Source: Gonapodya sp. JEL0774
Taxonomy: Eukaryota
Assembly (NCBI GenBank): GCA_027604505.1
Contig: JADIIX010000009.1
Span: 1 to 64,000, forward strand
Direction: 5' to 3'
DNA: 64,000 bases
The translations under genes and the position numbers were made by a program. Below, one piece after another: positions 9,228 to 22,500 of the stretch. Within the stretch, counting starts at the first letter, position 1; each line of letters opens with the position of its first letter. The notes under the pieces are model-generated. The model searched no databases. It had not been told where the DNA came from and saw only the letters and a list, made by a program, of their open reading frames with translations.

Positions 9228-12200
9228 TCAACCTTTGCGCCCTTTCAATTTTGCAATTTTCCTTCCTGATATGCTTGAAGATGTGCTGCTTCCACTACCC
9301 ACATTAAAAAGCTGAGGTGCACTAGCTGCACCAAAGTTGAATGAAAATGGTGGTGCAGCACTGCCAGTAGCAAAGCTAGTTGATGGTGATTGAGTTGGGG
9401 CTGACACTGCAGGAAATCCAGTCACTCCCCCAAAGGTGGGCACATTTGTGGACACAGGAAATCCAGTCGCTCCCCCAAATGTGGGCACATTTGTGGATGC
9501 AGGAAATCCAGTGCTTGATGATGGTCCAAAAGTAAATTGCATACTTGGGGTAACTGAAGCACCAAATGTGAATGGATTGCCTGTACCCTGATTCTGATGA
9601 GGATTTGCAAAAGGGTTGGTAGATATCGCACTTGCTGAAGATGATACTCCAAATGCGCTACTATTGGCTGGTACTGTTGCATTGAATGGACTAAAGATTA
9701 TTGCACTAGTGGCAGCCACTAAAGGTGCAGAAGTCACTTCCAAGGGGAGCAGTGGCTGTGACGTTGGAGCAAAGGAGTTTGCATGAATAGGTTCCACAGC
9801 AGTTTGAAATGGAACAGGAGATTGTGTTGAAGGAGGATTAGGTGCCGTGGCATGGAACCCAAATACAGGTCCAGTGGGTGTTGGTATGGATCCTGTATTC
9901 AAACTGAACACAGATGCTGGTAATGCAGTTGTATGAGCTGGAAGTGCTCCAAATGTAAATGCTGTGGGTACAGGTGGTGTTGAAGTTGGAAACTGGGAAG
10001 TAGAGACACTTTGTGAGATCTGAGGAGAATCTGTCTTGTTGAATACTCCCATAGCTGTGGTAGTGCTGCTAGCAAACAAACTGGAGTTTGTGGGACCACT
10101 GGCAAGAACACCTTCAGGGGCATTGGAAGACTTGGGCTGCATCAAGGAGAATGTTTTATCCAGGACTGGTGAAGAAGTCATTTGAAATCCAAACTCTGCA
10201 GGTGGTGCGGGATTGACAGTTGCACCAAACTTGAACAAAGGTGCACCAGTAACTGATGGAGTTGAGCTGTGCCCAGCACCAAACTGAAATTGAATGGAGG
10301 TAGTAGGAGGCAGAAGAGCAGAGCCAGTATTTGCTGCAGAACTACTAGTTGCCAATGATTTTGAAGTGTTGCTGGTGGTCATGCTCACAGTGGTTGAGCC
10401 AGCACTTGGTGCATCACCGAACTTAAACACAGGTATTAATGAAGCTACAGGTTGTTGAATCACTGCAGAGGTCTGAATGCTGGATGATAAAGATGCAGCT
10501 GGAACTTCTGGTAGTTGTGCTGAAGTCAATGGAAGCAATGTGACTGTCTGAGGATTTTTGGAATCAATGACTGTGCTTGGAACAATTTCAGCAGATGAAA
10601 GTGCAGTGCTTTTCTGACTCAGAATCCCTGAAGACAAGGGTTTGGGTTCTTGGAGTTGTCCTCCACCAAGGCTTAATAATGATGTAGTCTCTGAGGAACC
10701 AGTTTGATGAAATGGTTGTGCAACTGGCACCTGACTGAGAGACTTCCCTAATGACTCCACCATAGCTTGTGCCCCTCCCTGTAAGAGAGAATCTACCACA
10801 AGAAAAATGAATGAGATTGAAAGAAAGAATAAGAAGTGAAACTAATCTTACTTCCAGACAAAGGTGGAGGAATAGATGGCACTGGTTCAGCACTGAAAGG
10901 TGATAAGGTATTAATCCTCTTTGCCTCACCGATTGATGTTGGCTGAGAAGGAGAATTAATGAATTGCAATTTCCCTCCTGTACTTTTGCTATGTTGATCC
11001 TCATTGGGAGGCACATTTCCATTCTGCTGGTGTTTGGGCTCTGGAAGATCCTTTGACTTTTCTGCAATAGTCTTCCCTGCAACATATTTCTTCAAAGAAC
11101 TCTGACCAACTGCTCGTTCAATGAATGCTTTTTGTTTCACTTTCTCAATTCTGTCTCTTGTTAGCAGGGGAGTAGGTGTTGCTGGCATAACTGTCTTGCC
11201 TCCTCCATTTGCAGAGTCTACTGCTAAAATGTCATCCCTCATAACAGAGGCTACTGATGGTTTCTTTTGGCATGTGTGTTACAACAAGCACACAGAATGG
11301 AACAACAATTCTCAGACACACCTGAATCACTAAAGTTGATGGAACTGAAGGGATCTTCTCCATGAAAAGAATCTTTGTGTGTTTTGTCCAGATTGCATTC
11401 ACATCTCCCATATTGGAGTCATTTGAAAGAATTTCCTGCACAGCACTCCCCAGTAATGACTCTTCACTACTTCTCTTCCTAGGAGTGCTTCCACGTCTGG
11501 GCTTCTTAGCAGGATAACCCAATTCATCCTCTCTCAGTCCCAGGTTCCTTCCAGATCCCTCTTCCTCTGTGGCTTCCTCCACACCATACGTCCCATTACG
11601 TCCACGTTTTCTTGTAGCTGTCGTAAGTTTCAATCCCTCAAACTCAGTTAGTCGTGGGTTGGGGTCACCAATATCAACATCCATGGTTTGATGAGTCTCC
11701 TTAGCACACAGGGGACACGACACGACAGTGGTGTTTGTATGAGGAGGAACAAGATGTAATGGCCACACGATTATTTTCAAACCAAAAGATCAATCAAGAG
11801 CAATTGAAGTACACACCTCAATGGCTGTTGCCTGTACAGATTTGGCTTGAGAGTGCTCATAGTCGTTTGAGTGAATTGAGTGTTTCTGGCGCTTCGGCTT
11901 AGGCTCCTCTGTTGCGGCAAAAGAGACTGAGTGCCCACTCCTTGGCGACTGCAATCGCACCGACTTCAATGCACCACGGGTCTGCACTTTCCCAACAACG
12001 CGCTGAATTTGCTTAGAGTTTCCGGCGAGTTTGTTGTCCGGTTCCTCCATTAACACAGTGCTCCTCCGCTTTTGAGGGATTCCAACGGGAGCTTCGGATG
12101 CTGGGGAAGGGTGCTGATACTTTCGATTTGAAACGACCAGCGCAGTGTCCATGTTCCTCCCTTTCCAAGAATCAGACAAGTATCTTCGCTCTCGAATTTG

Positions 12201-12765
12201 GTTCAGCTTGATTGCAGAATCCTCTACGGGTGGGATATTCTCCCTGGAGCCTGTAGTGCTACTCTCTCCAAAGGAGCTCAGACGAGGGAAATGAACAGAC
12301 GACCACCCCAGATTTCCATTCGGCTGAAAGCTATTGTTTGTTTTGGGCACCTCGGGTCGAGGACAGTCAGACACCCGATTCGGTTTACCGACTCCATTGT
12401 GCTGATGAGAAGTCAGAGAAGGAGGTTCGGCAGGGTGATCGGAAAACGCCGATCGTTGATGCGGATGAGAAAGACCGGTAAGGGACGAGGGTAAAGCAAC
12501 AGGTACCGGGAAACTGGAGAAGGTGGCAACCCGGTCGGCAAACGGAGGGAGCGAAGCATTGACCCTAGCGCGCTTTCTGTCAAACACATCAATTGATGAC
12601 CATCGATGCCATGCCTAGCGCCTTTTCAAAGTGGACTCACAGACTGGCATTCTCATCCATCGAACGCTTGACCTTTTCCCTTCGCAGATAATCAACATAC
12701 TTTGGTAACAAAATGTATGATCCAGCCGAGAGAACGGCAATGACGATCGTCCAGAGCAAGATCAT
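9228..12765 (-). CDS. FG-repeat nucleoporin, Nup1/Nup153-type C-terminus, with predicted N-terminal transmembrane helix
   Basis: S/T/P-rich last exon with FKFG, FQFG, FTFG and FNFG repeats, ending FNVGSGSSTSSSISGRKIAKLKGRKG. Exon 1 (12765-12641) reads MILLWTIVIAVLSAGSYILLPKYVDYLRREKVKRSMDENAS and splices in frame via a GTGAGT..ACAG intron (12640-12577) into ORF 11790-12587. Further exons correspond to ORFs 11232, 10793 and 9228. Confidence 0.85.
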
Positions 12766-12997
12766 GACTCCGGACAAGAATTTCGTTTTCTGGGGAACTG
12801 CCGTTGGTGCTAACTGTGTCTAGGCGTTGGCGTCCACCACAAACGAAATATTTAGTTACACAAACCTCGAGGACATCCAGTCACTCACATAAGACGCCGA
12901 AATAAATCGAGCTGCATAGCAGATGTTACAAGTCTCGACATCTGCGAGCATTCTATTTAGGCATTTAAGACTGTGAATCTCATAAATATATAACAGT

Positions 12998-15785
12998 CTA
13001 CCATCTACCCCGATGACCCCTCCCGACACCTCTTTCCCCCCCCGCGGAGCCCCCGCGCCCCCCGGAGGGAGCCCCCCGCGCCTTGCGGCGCAGGCGCCGG
13101 GGACCCAGGGCACCCGAAGCTCGGGTGGCCCCCCCTCCTCTGCCCCCACCGCCTCTGAAGGAAACCCCCCTACCATTTCCTCGAGACGACCGGAAACCAT
13201 AGTCACCATAACCACGGTTTGCACCTTCGTCCCTGTCGACCATCTCGGGCACCTCCCGGGCTATTTGCAGGTCCACACCTCCCCGTGATTCCCACCGCAC
13301 GCCGGCCAATTCAATGGTCGGTGCCGCCGAGACACTTTCCTTGACCAAAATTTTTTCGCTCTTAACGTCGACAACGACACCACACATATCCTTGGTCATC
13401 CGAAATCCTTTTGTATCCTCATACGAAAGATCGGGAAACTGTCGTTTTAGCAGAGCTTTGATAAACCCCGCATGCTGGATAGGCTGTGATGTTTTGAATA
13501 GCAATGTGACCCAGCCTTCTTCCGCTGTGAGTGAAGAGCGGCTGGGAAGTCGGGTGGTGGTGTTGGTAAGGTGGGCGAGACAGGCGGCAAGCGCTTTACA
13601 CGGGTTGCCTTCACATCGCTGGATCAGTGAGTCAACGTGAGGCATGAAGTAATCAAGGACAGTGGTATCTATTTCAGATCCAAGTTGTGTCAGTGTGTCC
13701 TACAAAACGAAGCTGGTGAGATAACCATGGTCAAGCTGGAGTACAGTGGTCAGAGTTCACCTCTATTTTTCGGGAAAGGATGTCTTTTGCCTGAGGAACA
13801 CCAGGCCGCTCAAACTTGAATCCTGAAGAACACAGCAAGTTGAATACTCTGTGGACCGACACCATCCCAAGCTTTCTTACCTGCTGCCTTCTCGATAGAG
13901 GTGAGGAGGTACTCTTGGTTAGGTTTGAAGAACACAACACAGACCCCGCTTTTACCCGCACGCCCTGTGCGCCCACTTCGGTGAATGTACGTGTCGACAT
14001 CACTGGGTGGTTCACAGTTAATCACCAGATCAATCTCAGGAATGTCAAGTCCCCGAGCAGCGACGTTCCTGGAAATTGAAAACAGTTGCTCAATGAGCAA
14101 TAGAAAAAAGCAATCAGCTGTTTCTCTCACGTGGCTATCAAAACCCCAATCTTCGCCTCCCGGAAACCGCGAAGAGTTATTTCTCTTTGACTCTGAGCAA
14201 TATCACCGTGAATCACTTGAGCCATTGACTTGAGTTTGTCATTCAAGACAAGCTCATTCGCCTCCTAATTCATGTCATAATTTGGTTAGAATTCACGCGT
14301 GAAGACAGGAAAATCCGACGAACCTGCTTTCTCTCCACAAATATAATGCTTCGACCACCAGCACAACCGTACGCGCTAACAACGTCTCCAACAACATCGG
14401 ATCGATTTTGCCAGCGTGAAGGTATAGCAATGTGCCGAATGGTGACTTTAATCGAGGTACCACATCGCTTCGTAAATTTTCCGATTATCCGGGTTACCGA
14501 AACGGAGGGAGGTATTCACCGGAAGTTTTTAATCTTTCCCCCTTCACTAAATCTACCGTTTCCAGAGACTCAGGACGCATGTACCTCTTTGTAGCCTCTG
14601 AAACCCAGGCGGGTATTGTCGCAGAGAACAAAAGCGTCTGGTACGCCGGTGCGCCGGGTTTGCTGAGTTGTTGATCCTTAACTTTGGCAAGAATTGCGTC
14701 CATGCTCTCGCGAAATCCGACATCCAGCATTTGACTGCAATTTGAAGAGCAATTGAGCTCATCTCATCAAAGGAAGACATCATACGATTACCCCACTCAC
14801 TCTGCCTCATCTAGCACCACGAATCTAGGAATCGATAGTAGTTACGAGAAAATTTGCTGAGTAAAACACTGAAACGTAATCCAGGATATGATTAGATACC
14901 TTAAGTTATCGAGGGCCAACGTCCCTCTTTCCATCATGTCGAATAGCCGCCCAGGAGTTCCAACGACAACGTCCACGCCACCTCGAAGAGCGGCGTCTTT
15001 CCCACATCAAAAGAGCAGGAGCTTAATGGAAGACAACAACTCTGTAGCGACGGAAAAGAAGAGAACTCCGACTCACTCTGCGGGTCGTACGCCACTCCTC
15101 CGTAAACCGACAGCACCTTCGCGTGTCCACTGATACTTTCAAACTCCTTCGCGACTTGAATGCAAAGCTCTCGCGTCGGTGTCATCACCAAAACCTTGGG
15201 ATGTCTCCGAGGACTAAGGTCCGTCCCGAAACCTTGTTCCCACAGCACTTGAATGATGGGAAGAGCAAATGCGAGCGTTTTGCCTGTCCCTGTGCGGGCA
15301 CGTCCGACGACGTCCTTGCCTGCAACGATGTGGGATATGGTCGCGGCCTGAAACGATGATGCGATCCGACGGATTATGTCAATGAGAATACCATCTACGG
15401 GCAAGCAACCTACCTGGATTGGAAAAAGCTTCTCGATACCCCTCTCAACGAGTCGTCTCTTCAAAGCGTCCGAGAGTGGTTGGGCAGCCAAGCTCAGTGG
15501 GTCCACCGGTTCTGAAACTCCGTCGCCCTCTTGTGTCTCCGCGACAGGCTCTGCTTCACTGGAAATCTTCTTGGCCTTCTTGGCCTTCTTCTTGACGGGC
15601 GAGCTCCCCTCCTCTTCTGGAACGTTCTCGGCCGCGACAGGATCCGTATTCGATTCCCGGTCATCAGTTTTCTCTGACCGCTTGCGCTTTCCTTTCACCT
15701 TCTCAGGTTTCTCTGCGATGATCTCCTCCGGCATCTCCTCTGCCTTAGATTTGGATTTCTTCTTGGTCTTGACGATATCTTCCAT
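12998..15785 (-). CDS. DDX21: DEAD-box RNA helicase DDX21/DDX50 (nucleolar RNA helicase II/Gu) with GUCT domain and RGG tail
   Basis: K/E-rich N-terminus, then [24 protein letters not shown], intron-split [19 protein letters not shown] and [16 protein letters not shown]-like [14 protein letters not shown]...VVVDV, then an RGG-rich end. Confidence 0.88.
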
Positions 15786-15909
15786 GGTTGTATGGAATCG
15801 GTTGGTAACCTCCAGCTCGTGAAAAGAAATAACTGAGCTAGTCCCTGTGGTCACGGGTCCTCGGAGAATTTCACGTTCCTTGAGCACATATGTGCATAAA
15901 TAAATATAA

Positions 15910-17518
15910 TTAATCACCCACTAACTGTCTCTTACACCACCAAACTCCGTAAAACGTAGCCGCGTTCACGGGCACTGCTCTAATGAGTGTCGGGGAGAGT
16001 CCGGCAAAAAAGCTACGGATCCCCTCCGTCGAATAAATAGTGCGAATCATGGAGAGCACGCCAGTTCCTTGTACGCGGTGTCCCTGTCTTGTGCCATGAC
16101 CATCAGGCACGTACGTGGATTGTATCCGTGTTTTTACAACGTCCAGTGGATACGTCACTGCCCACCCGACCACACCGGCAAAACCGCCCGCAAGAACGAT
16201 CTGCATATGGCGGAGAACGTTCGTTGGCGAGTTGACCGCAGTACACGAATATTTCCAGCAAATAAAGAAACTCACCTGCCACGTTGCAACGTCGTCAGTC
16301 GAGTACGACGTGTCATGATGCAAACCGTCCCCAAGCCAACCTCGCCATCGACCTCCGAGAACGTCCACAACCATGTCGAACGCCGCAAAATAGGCACCGT
16401 AGCTATAAAGTACCGGGCGGTGGATTGGAAACCTGGGAGAGAAAGAACTGATTGGGGACCAAGATGACGCACCCGGGCCCATCCCTCAAGATGGTGACAG
16501 CGGCTCCCCTGTACAATCCTCGAGGACCCGACTTGTGGATCACATCTCTGATAACGTCAGCGGTCCGCCCACCCCACTTGTGTTGGAGTTTGGAGTTGGC
16601 CGGCCAGCCGGGCCCCTTTGAGACGTTGGTTGAGGTGGACGCTTGTAATCGACACTTGACGAGCTCCATGGGAGTCGTGACAGCGGCATTAATCGTCCCA
16701 CTGAATGAGCCGGCGAGAAAAACTTGGAGGTATGTGGCGGGGGGTACGTAAGGTGGAGAATGAGGGGCCTGATGTTCGGGGGTGCGGGCGCCGATTCCCA
16801 GGTCGACCAGGTTATCCAAACACCAACCGCTGACGAGATTCATAAAATTATTATGATTGCATGAGAAGCCACCAAAAAAGATCAGGAATGAACTCACTAG
16901 ACACCAAAGAGACAGGCGTTGACGACTGCAACTCCGACGAGCGGACTCAGCAAGCCCTTGTACAAACTCATGTATCCTTCCTCCTTGGTTATGGCGGAAG
17001 CGACGGCCAGCATCGAAAACGACGGAGCGCTCAAAGCCACAGAGCCAGCTGGGCTAGGACGGGAGACAAGCGTGGCACGTTGTGGTGAGTCCAACAGACT
17101 CCGCACGGAGGCAAAAGACTGGGGTGCCCGACGTTCCATAGGAGGAAGATGAGCAGCGGAATGCTGCAAGGGTCGACCAGGACCCCTCTCCATGTACGAT
17201 GCCATCCATCCCGTCTGCATTCGGACTTTCAGCGTGTCCAGAGGGTGGCCTGAAGGGGCAAGGGGTGAAAAGGTGAGAAGAAATCCGACACCAACAGATG
17301 ACGCATATGGGCGAAGAAATGATAGTCCCACCAATGAGCACGCCAGCGCAGCCACCAGCCGTTCCGGAAATGAAGTCGACAATCTGCGGATGCCTCTCGA
17401 AAAAGTTTTGGGAGGAGAAAGGGACAGGAACAGCCGGAAGGTACGGAGAGAGATCCCCGCCGGTCGATGGCAGCGATTGGGAGAGCCCAGGCACTGTACT
17501 GCCACTTTGGGGTGACAT
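15910..17518 (-). CDS. mitochondrial carrier family (SLC25) protein, carnitine/basic amino acid carrier-like
   Basis: Three Px[DE]xx[KR] signatures (HPLDTLKVRMQ, TPMELVKCRLQ, YPLDVVKTRIQ), plus LYKGLLSPL, GLYRGAAVTILRD and FFAGLSPTLIRAVPVNAATF. Confidence 0.93.
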
Positions 17519-17705
17519 CGGAATATATCCGATTGTCAGAAGCTCGTGATGGGCGAAAAGCGGAGTTTTGCGGAAACGGATTTGCTTTGGGCTTGCTGAG
17601 CACATCGCATTTCATTGTCCTCAGCTCCTATCAGGGTATCGCACTCTTCCCCAGCCTGATTTTCACCAACTGCCACAGTATAAATCTCGCCCGCCCAGCA
17701 CAGGA

Positions 17706-19443
17706 ATGCAAGACACACAAACGCTCGCAGACTCTGTCCAAACTGCTTCCCTTCTCCCCGTCTCCAACCATTCCCATTCCCAAACCAATCATGTCCACCT
17801 CCACGTGCATTCTCCTGCCTCCTCCCTTTCCCACACTTCCTCCCGCTTTCGCGAACCCAGGCGCGAAATTCTTACTCCAGATGATCTGGAGCGTTTTTCC
17901 TCCTCCGACGCTCTCGCCTCCTTTCTGGCTTTTGTCCTTCGGCTCAACGAAAGCGTACGGAATTTGAAGACGAGTGCTGACGTGCCGCAGTCACAGGTGA
18001 CCTTGCCTTTTTTGCTCTCGTTTTTGTGTCTGTTCTGGAGAAGCATTTCACAGCTCTTTGGTCGTCCGTCTCCTTTGGAAACTCTCCCACTCCCACCTTG
18101 TCGACAAAGGTAGTCGCAGTGCTCGTCGGCATTCTCGACGACCTGGACGCCCTCGTAAAAGCTACTCCTGTCGATACCTCGACCAACTCGCGTTTTGGGA
18201 ACCCTTCCTTCCGTGTGTGGCTCGACAAAGTGACAGAGGTACATGTCCGTCTTCATTGTCGCGCCCTCACATTCCGCGTATGGAATCTGTCTACTTCCCC
18301 TAATCTCTGTCACCGTTATCCCGGAAAACGTTCAATAGACGTTAATCCCCCTCCATGAGCGCTTGGTTCCTCTTGGCCTCCCGTCAGATGCCATCCTTGA
18401 GGTTTCAACCTACTTCAAGAGCAGCTTCGGTGACAGACAACGAATAGACTACGGAACGGGCCACGAAGCCGCTTTTATTACATGGCTCTACTGCTTCGCT
18501 CAACTCGGTCTTGTCACGAGGGAGGATTACCCCGCTCTTGTTCTCCGGGTGGTGTTTAGGTCTGTTGTCCTCCCCCTCCCTTGCAGCCCAAACTTCTTGA
18601 CCTAACGCTTGACACTGAGTAAATTTACGTTGCAAAATTGCCTTCACAACAACTGCGGTCACACAGGTATATCTCCCTCATGCGAGACCTCCAATTCACG
18701 TTCTGGTTAGAACCAGCCGGCTCGCACGGAGTTTGGGGTTTGGACGACTACCACTTTCTTCCCTTCATGTTTGGATCATCTCAATTGTATGGTGGGTCGT
18801 TGATTTCTGAGCTCTTGGGGGCTGGTTGAGTGTCGTTGTTCCGCTGACAATCATTGACCCACACGCACCTCCTCTCACCTCCTTCTAACCGGCCACAGAC
18901 CACAAGCATATTAAACCCAAATCCATCCACAACGCCGACATTGTTGCCGAGTTCTCCAAGGACTACATCTACCTCGCCTGCATCCAGTTCATCAACTCGG
19001 TCAAGACCGCCACTCTGCGGTGGCATTCGCCCATGCTCGACGACATCTCGGGTGTCAAGTCGTGGCACAAGGTGAACGAGGGCATGGTGAAGATGTACAA
19101 GGCAGAGGTTCTGGGGAAACTTCCCATCATGCAGCATTTCCTGTTCGGATCCATACTGGCGTTCGATGGAAGTGGTGGGAGGCACGAACTGGACGCTTCA
19201 GATGAGCACTTTCACGTGTTTGCACTGGGTCAGCAGGTGCCCAACTGTTGTGGGATGCGGATACCGAGCTCCATCGCCGGTGCGTCCGCGAGAAACGACG
19301 CCATGGGTGGGTTTATTCCAATGGCTGGCGTGGGCGGACTGGCGGGGAAAGGGGGTACCGCGAGTATGGGTGTGCCGAGGCCTGGGGGTGGTCGCACCGC
19401 TGAAACTGGGTACATTCGAGCGAGGCCGTTGCCGTTTGACTAA
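17706..19443 (+). CDS. RRD2: PP2A phosphotyrosyl phosphatase activator (PTPA), Rrd2/Ypa2 type
   Basis: Motifs [62 protein letters not shown] and [20 protein letters not shown]-terminal CCG...RPLPFD is typical of Rrd2. Confidence 0.93.
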
Positions 19444-19537
19444 GCTTCACGCATCTTACATACCATATCATCTTCTCTCGTTTCTGTATATACATGTTTA
19501 CATATGAGACAACTTTCATTCAAATACTCATATATGA

Positions 19538-22500
19538 CTACTTTCGCAATGAATACAATCCATCAATGGACTTGTCAACCTTGTCCTCCGACACCATGTT
19601 TTCAACAATGAATTCCACAATCTCTGCCGATACTTGAAAGAGGTTGCTGATCGACCGAGTGATTTCCTCCATGTTCTTGGCACCATGTGTGGCGAGCATG
19701 TTGACCACGACGTTTCTGAGCAGCATCTGCGTTCCTTCGTCGATTTCGTCATCCCCACCGTCCCCTTCCACTTCCATCGACACATCGCCTTGGCTTTGTT
19801 GGAAAGACTCTGTTTGTCGGACAATGAAACGTCCCATAACAGGCGTTAATGTGTCCGAGACACAACAGACGGTACTGTCTCACTCACCATCGCCATTCAA
19901 AGCCGCATCCGGTTCTTCGACAAGAGCAAATGTATCGGATGCAATCTCTCGAATTTGACCCGATCGTATCCAGTAGTTCATTTTCCGCCTGATGAAAGCC
20001 GCTGGCGCCTTGATGACCCCGCTCAGTTCGTCGAGCGTCCACGTCGCTGTCCAACCACAAACAACTTTACCTCCTGGACCCCTCTGGATTCCAAAACATA
20101 TTCTCTCAGTACTCACCTTGATCTTGAAAGTGATAGAGTATCGTCGCGTGGATCGGGTGTACTGTCTTCGCAATGGTGGTTCCATCCGCGAGTTCAATCT
20201 CGATCTCCACCCGACCGCCCACAGAAGGGTGCCATTCCAATCTACGAGACTTGCGGAGATCCTTGTAAACATCGAGGTATGCGTCAAAAGCTCTGTGACG
20301 AGGTGGGTGGAGTTTGAGTTGGAAATGTCCGCATTAGGATCCTCGAGGTCTTTTGAGAATACGTACTCTTTCACAGGCGGTGGAACTTCCCATTCCTCGG
20401 TACGAAGTTGCGGCCAAAACAATCCAGACAGAATCGATGCGTGGATTTGAGGAACCTGGCGTGAGTGAGACGCCACCGCGCGGCGTGAGTACGCTGTAAT
20501 AAGCGACAACGCGCGACCAGACCTCACTTCCGAGGGCAACCTCTCCTGCACGGTTGTGTCGATTCTGTTCGACTCCTCAATGTCTCTTATCATGACGTCG
20601 CACATGTGCAAGTTCTGTTCACCGACCCTGAGCTTCAGACGCTCCAAGTTCCGAACCTGGATAGGGAAGAAGGGGGTTTCATACCTCAATCCCTGGTCTC
20701 ACATCCTGCTAGAAACCGAAGACATGCATACTTCGTTCGAAGTGTCGTATCCCGGAGTCCCGAGAAGCCGATCAGCCAGCAGCGATTGGAACTCCTTTGC
20801 AAAGAGCTCACGCGACTCGTAGATGGAGAGCAGGATAGCCACCGCGTCGGGCAACTTCCGTACCGATTCTCTCCCCGAATCTAAAACCAGTCAGTGCACA
20901 AAACCCCATGAGATCCCATCGCAAGCCTCGCCTCTTCCTCCCCCTCAGCCCGAGCCCGAGCCCCCTCCCACTCACTCCTCATCACCTCTGCTGATTCGGG
21001 CACCCAATTCTCGTTGTCCCAGTCCCGATCATCCTCTCCCCTCTCCTCCAGATTTTGCACCGACGCGACCGAGGGATGGTCGTGCGGGTTGTCCATGAGC
21101 CAGGTGAGGATGGTCCGGATAGTGTCCGGACGGGCGCGGAGGTAGGTACGGAGGGGGGCTGTGACTTGGTCGAGCATGATGCTGGTGGGATCTGAGAGAG
21201 GGGTTGGTGGAGAGTGTTGGGGGGGAGGGGGGGGCACATTGTGGTGGTGTCGTGCATAGGTGTCACAGACCCCACCCCGTACGTACCCAACTTCCTCAAC
21301 ACGTCGATCGTCAGATTATAAATCATGATGACTTCCGATGTCGTAGCCGTGATGTGGAGGATTCGCCTTTGGATACTGACAGGTGGCCACACGTGGAGCA
21401 GAGGATGCATCAAAAGGGTCGAGCGGATGTCGGGGGCAGGTGCGATTCGGCGTGAGTCGTGCCCCACACGTGCAAAAAGGAGGGACATGGGGGGGGGGGG
21501 GGGGGGCAGCAAAAAACAAGCTTGACGGAACGACNNNNNNNNNNCCCCCCCACCCCCGCCCCCCCCCCCCCCTCAACCCCCCGCCCGCCCCCCCACCCAG
21601 CCCCCCCCCCCCCCCCCCCCCCCCCCCGGCCCCCCCCCCCCCCCCGCCCCCGGCCGCGGGCGCCCCCCGCCCCGCGCCCCCGCGCGCAGCAAAACTCACG
21701 CTTGACGGAACGACCGGACGAGTTTGGAATGCGTTCCGGTTTTGTCGAGGCATCGCTGATGAGCGGGGCGGGTTGGAACAATGCAACACCAAAATCGACA
21801 ACAATACAACAACAGCGACAAAAAAAAAAATTAAAACAACAAAAGAGCAAGGTCACCGGGTGGCACGTATCAGCCACCTCACACCATTCCGCACTGTTTT
21901 GGTTCGCCCGCCCCACCGTCCACCGCATCGTTTTGTTCCCCCCGTCATGTCAGTGTACCCTGAGCCGCAACGCGTGCCGACTCACCTTGGTCTCCTCCAC
22001 AAACGCGATGGATTCGGGCCACACCACCACGATGTCGAAGAACTCTTCGATTCTGATTGTTTTTTTGTAATGTTTTTGTTTGTTGTTGTTGTAGTAGTTG
22101 TTTGTTGTTGCCATTGCGCGTTGCGCGGCCCGTCGGATCGATTATGGGCAGGGTCGTGGAGCGCGACCCGAGAGGAGGACAAGGGGTGGACAGAGTTGGA
22201 CCTCGCGGAGCACAAAGCAGACAGAAACACCCCACCACCCCCCACCACCCCTCCCGGGCTTTTGCACACCGCACCTCATGTCCCCAAAACACCTGTAAAA
22301 ATGCGCCTCCAACAACCTCGTCCACCTGTCCGCCTCGTTCTCCTTCTCACCCACTCCACTATCACGCTCGCCCTCGCCCTCCTCCACGCCCGCGCCGCCC
22401 GCGCCCTCTGTCCGACCTCCAGCCGCCCCACCCACCACCGCCACCACAAACGGTACGATCTCGCCCCTGACCCACCAGAGTCCCTTGTCCATCCACATCT

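Noticed and set aside
13010..13150. Abruptly GC-rich stretch at the end of DDX21
   Set aside because: Explained by the RGG tail, possibly with low-quality base calls; not a separate element.
21470..21730. Poly-G/poly-C tracts and a duplicated gcttgacggaacgac segment, suggesting an inserted element or a proline-rich ORF (21383-22777)
   Set aside because: They flank a 10-N gap and look like degraded overlapping read ends. The real gene is APC2 on the minus strand.
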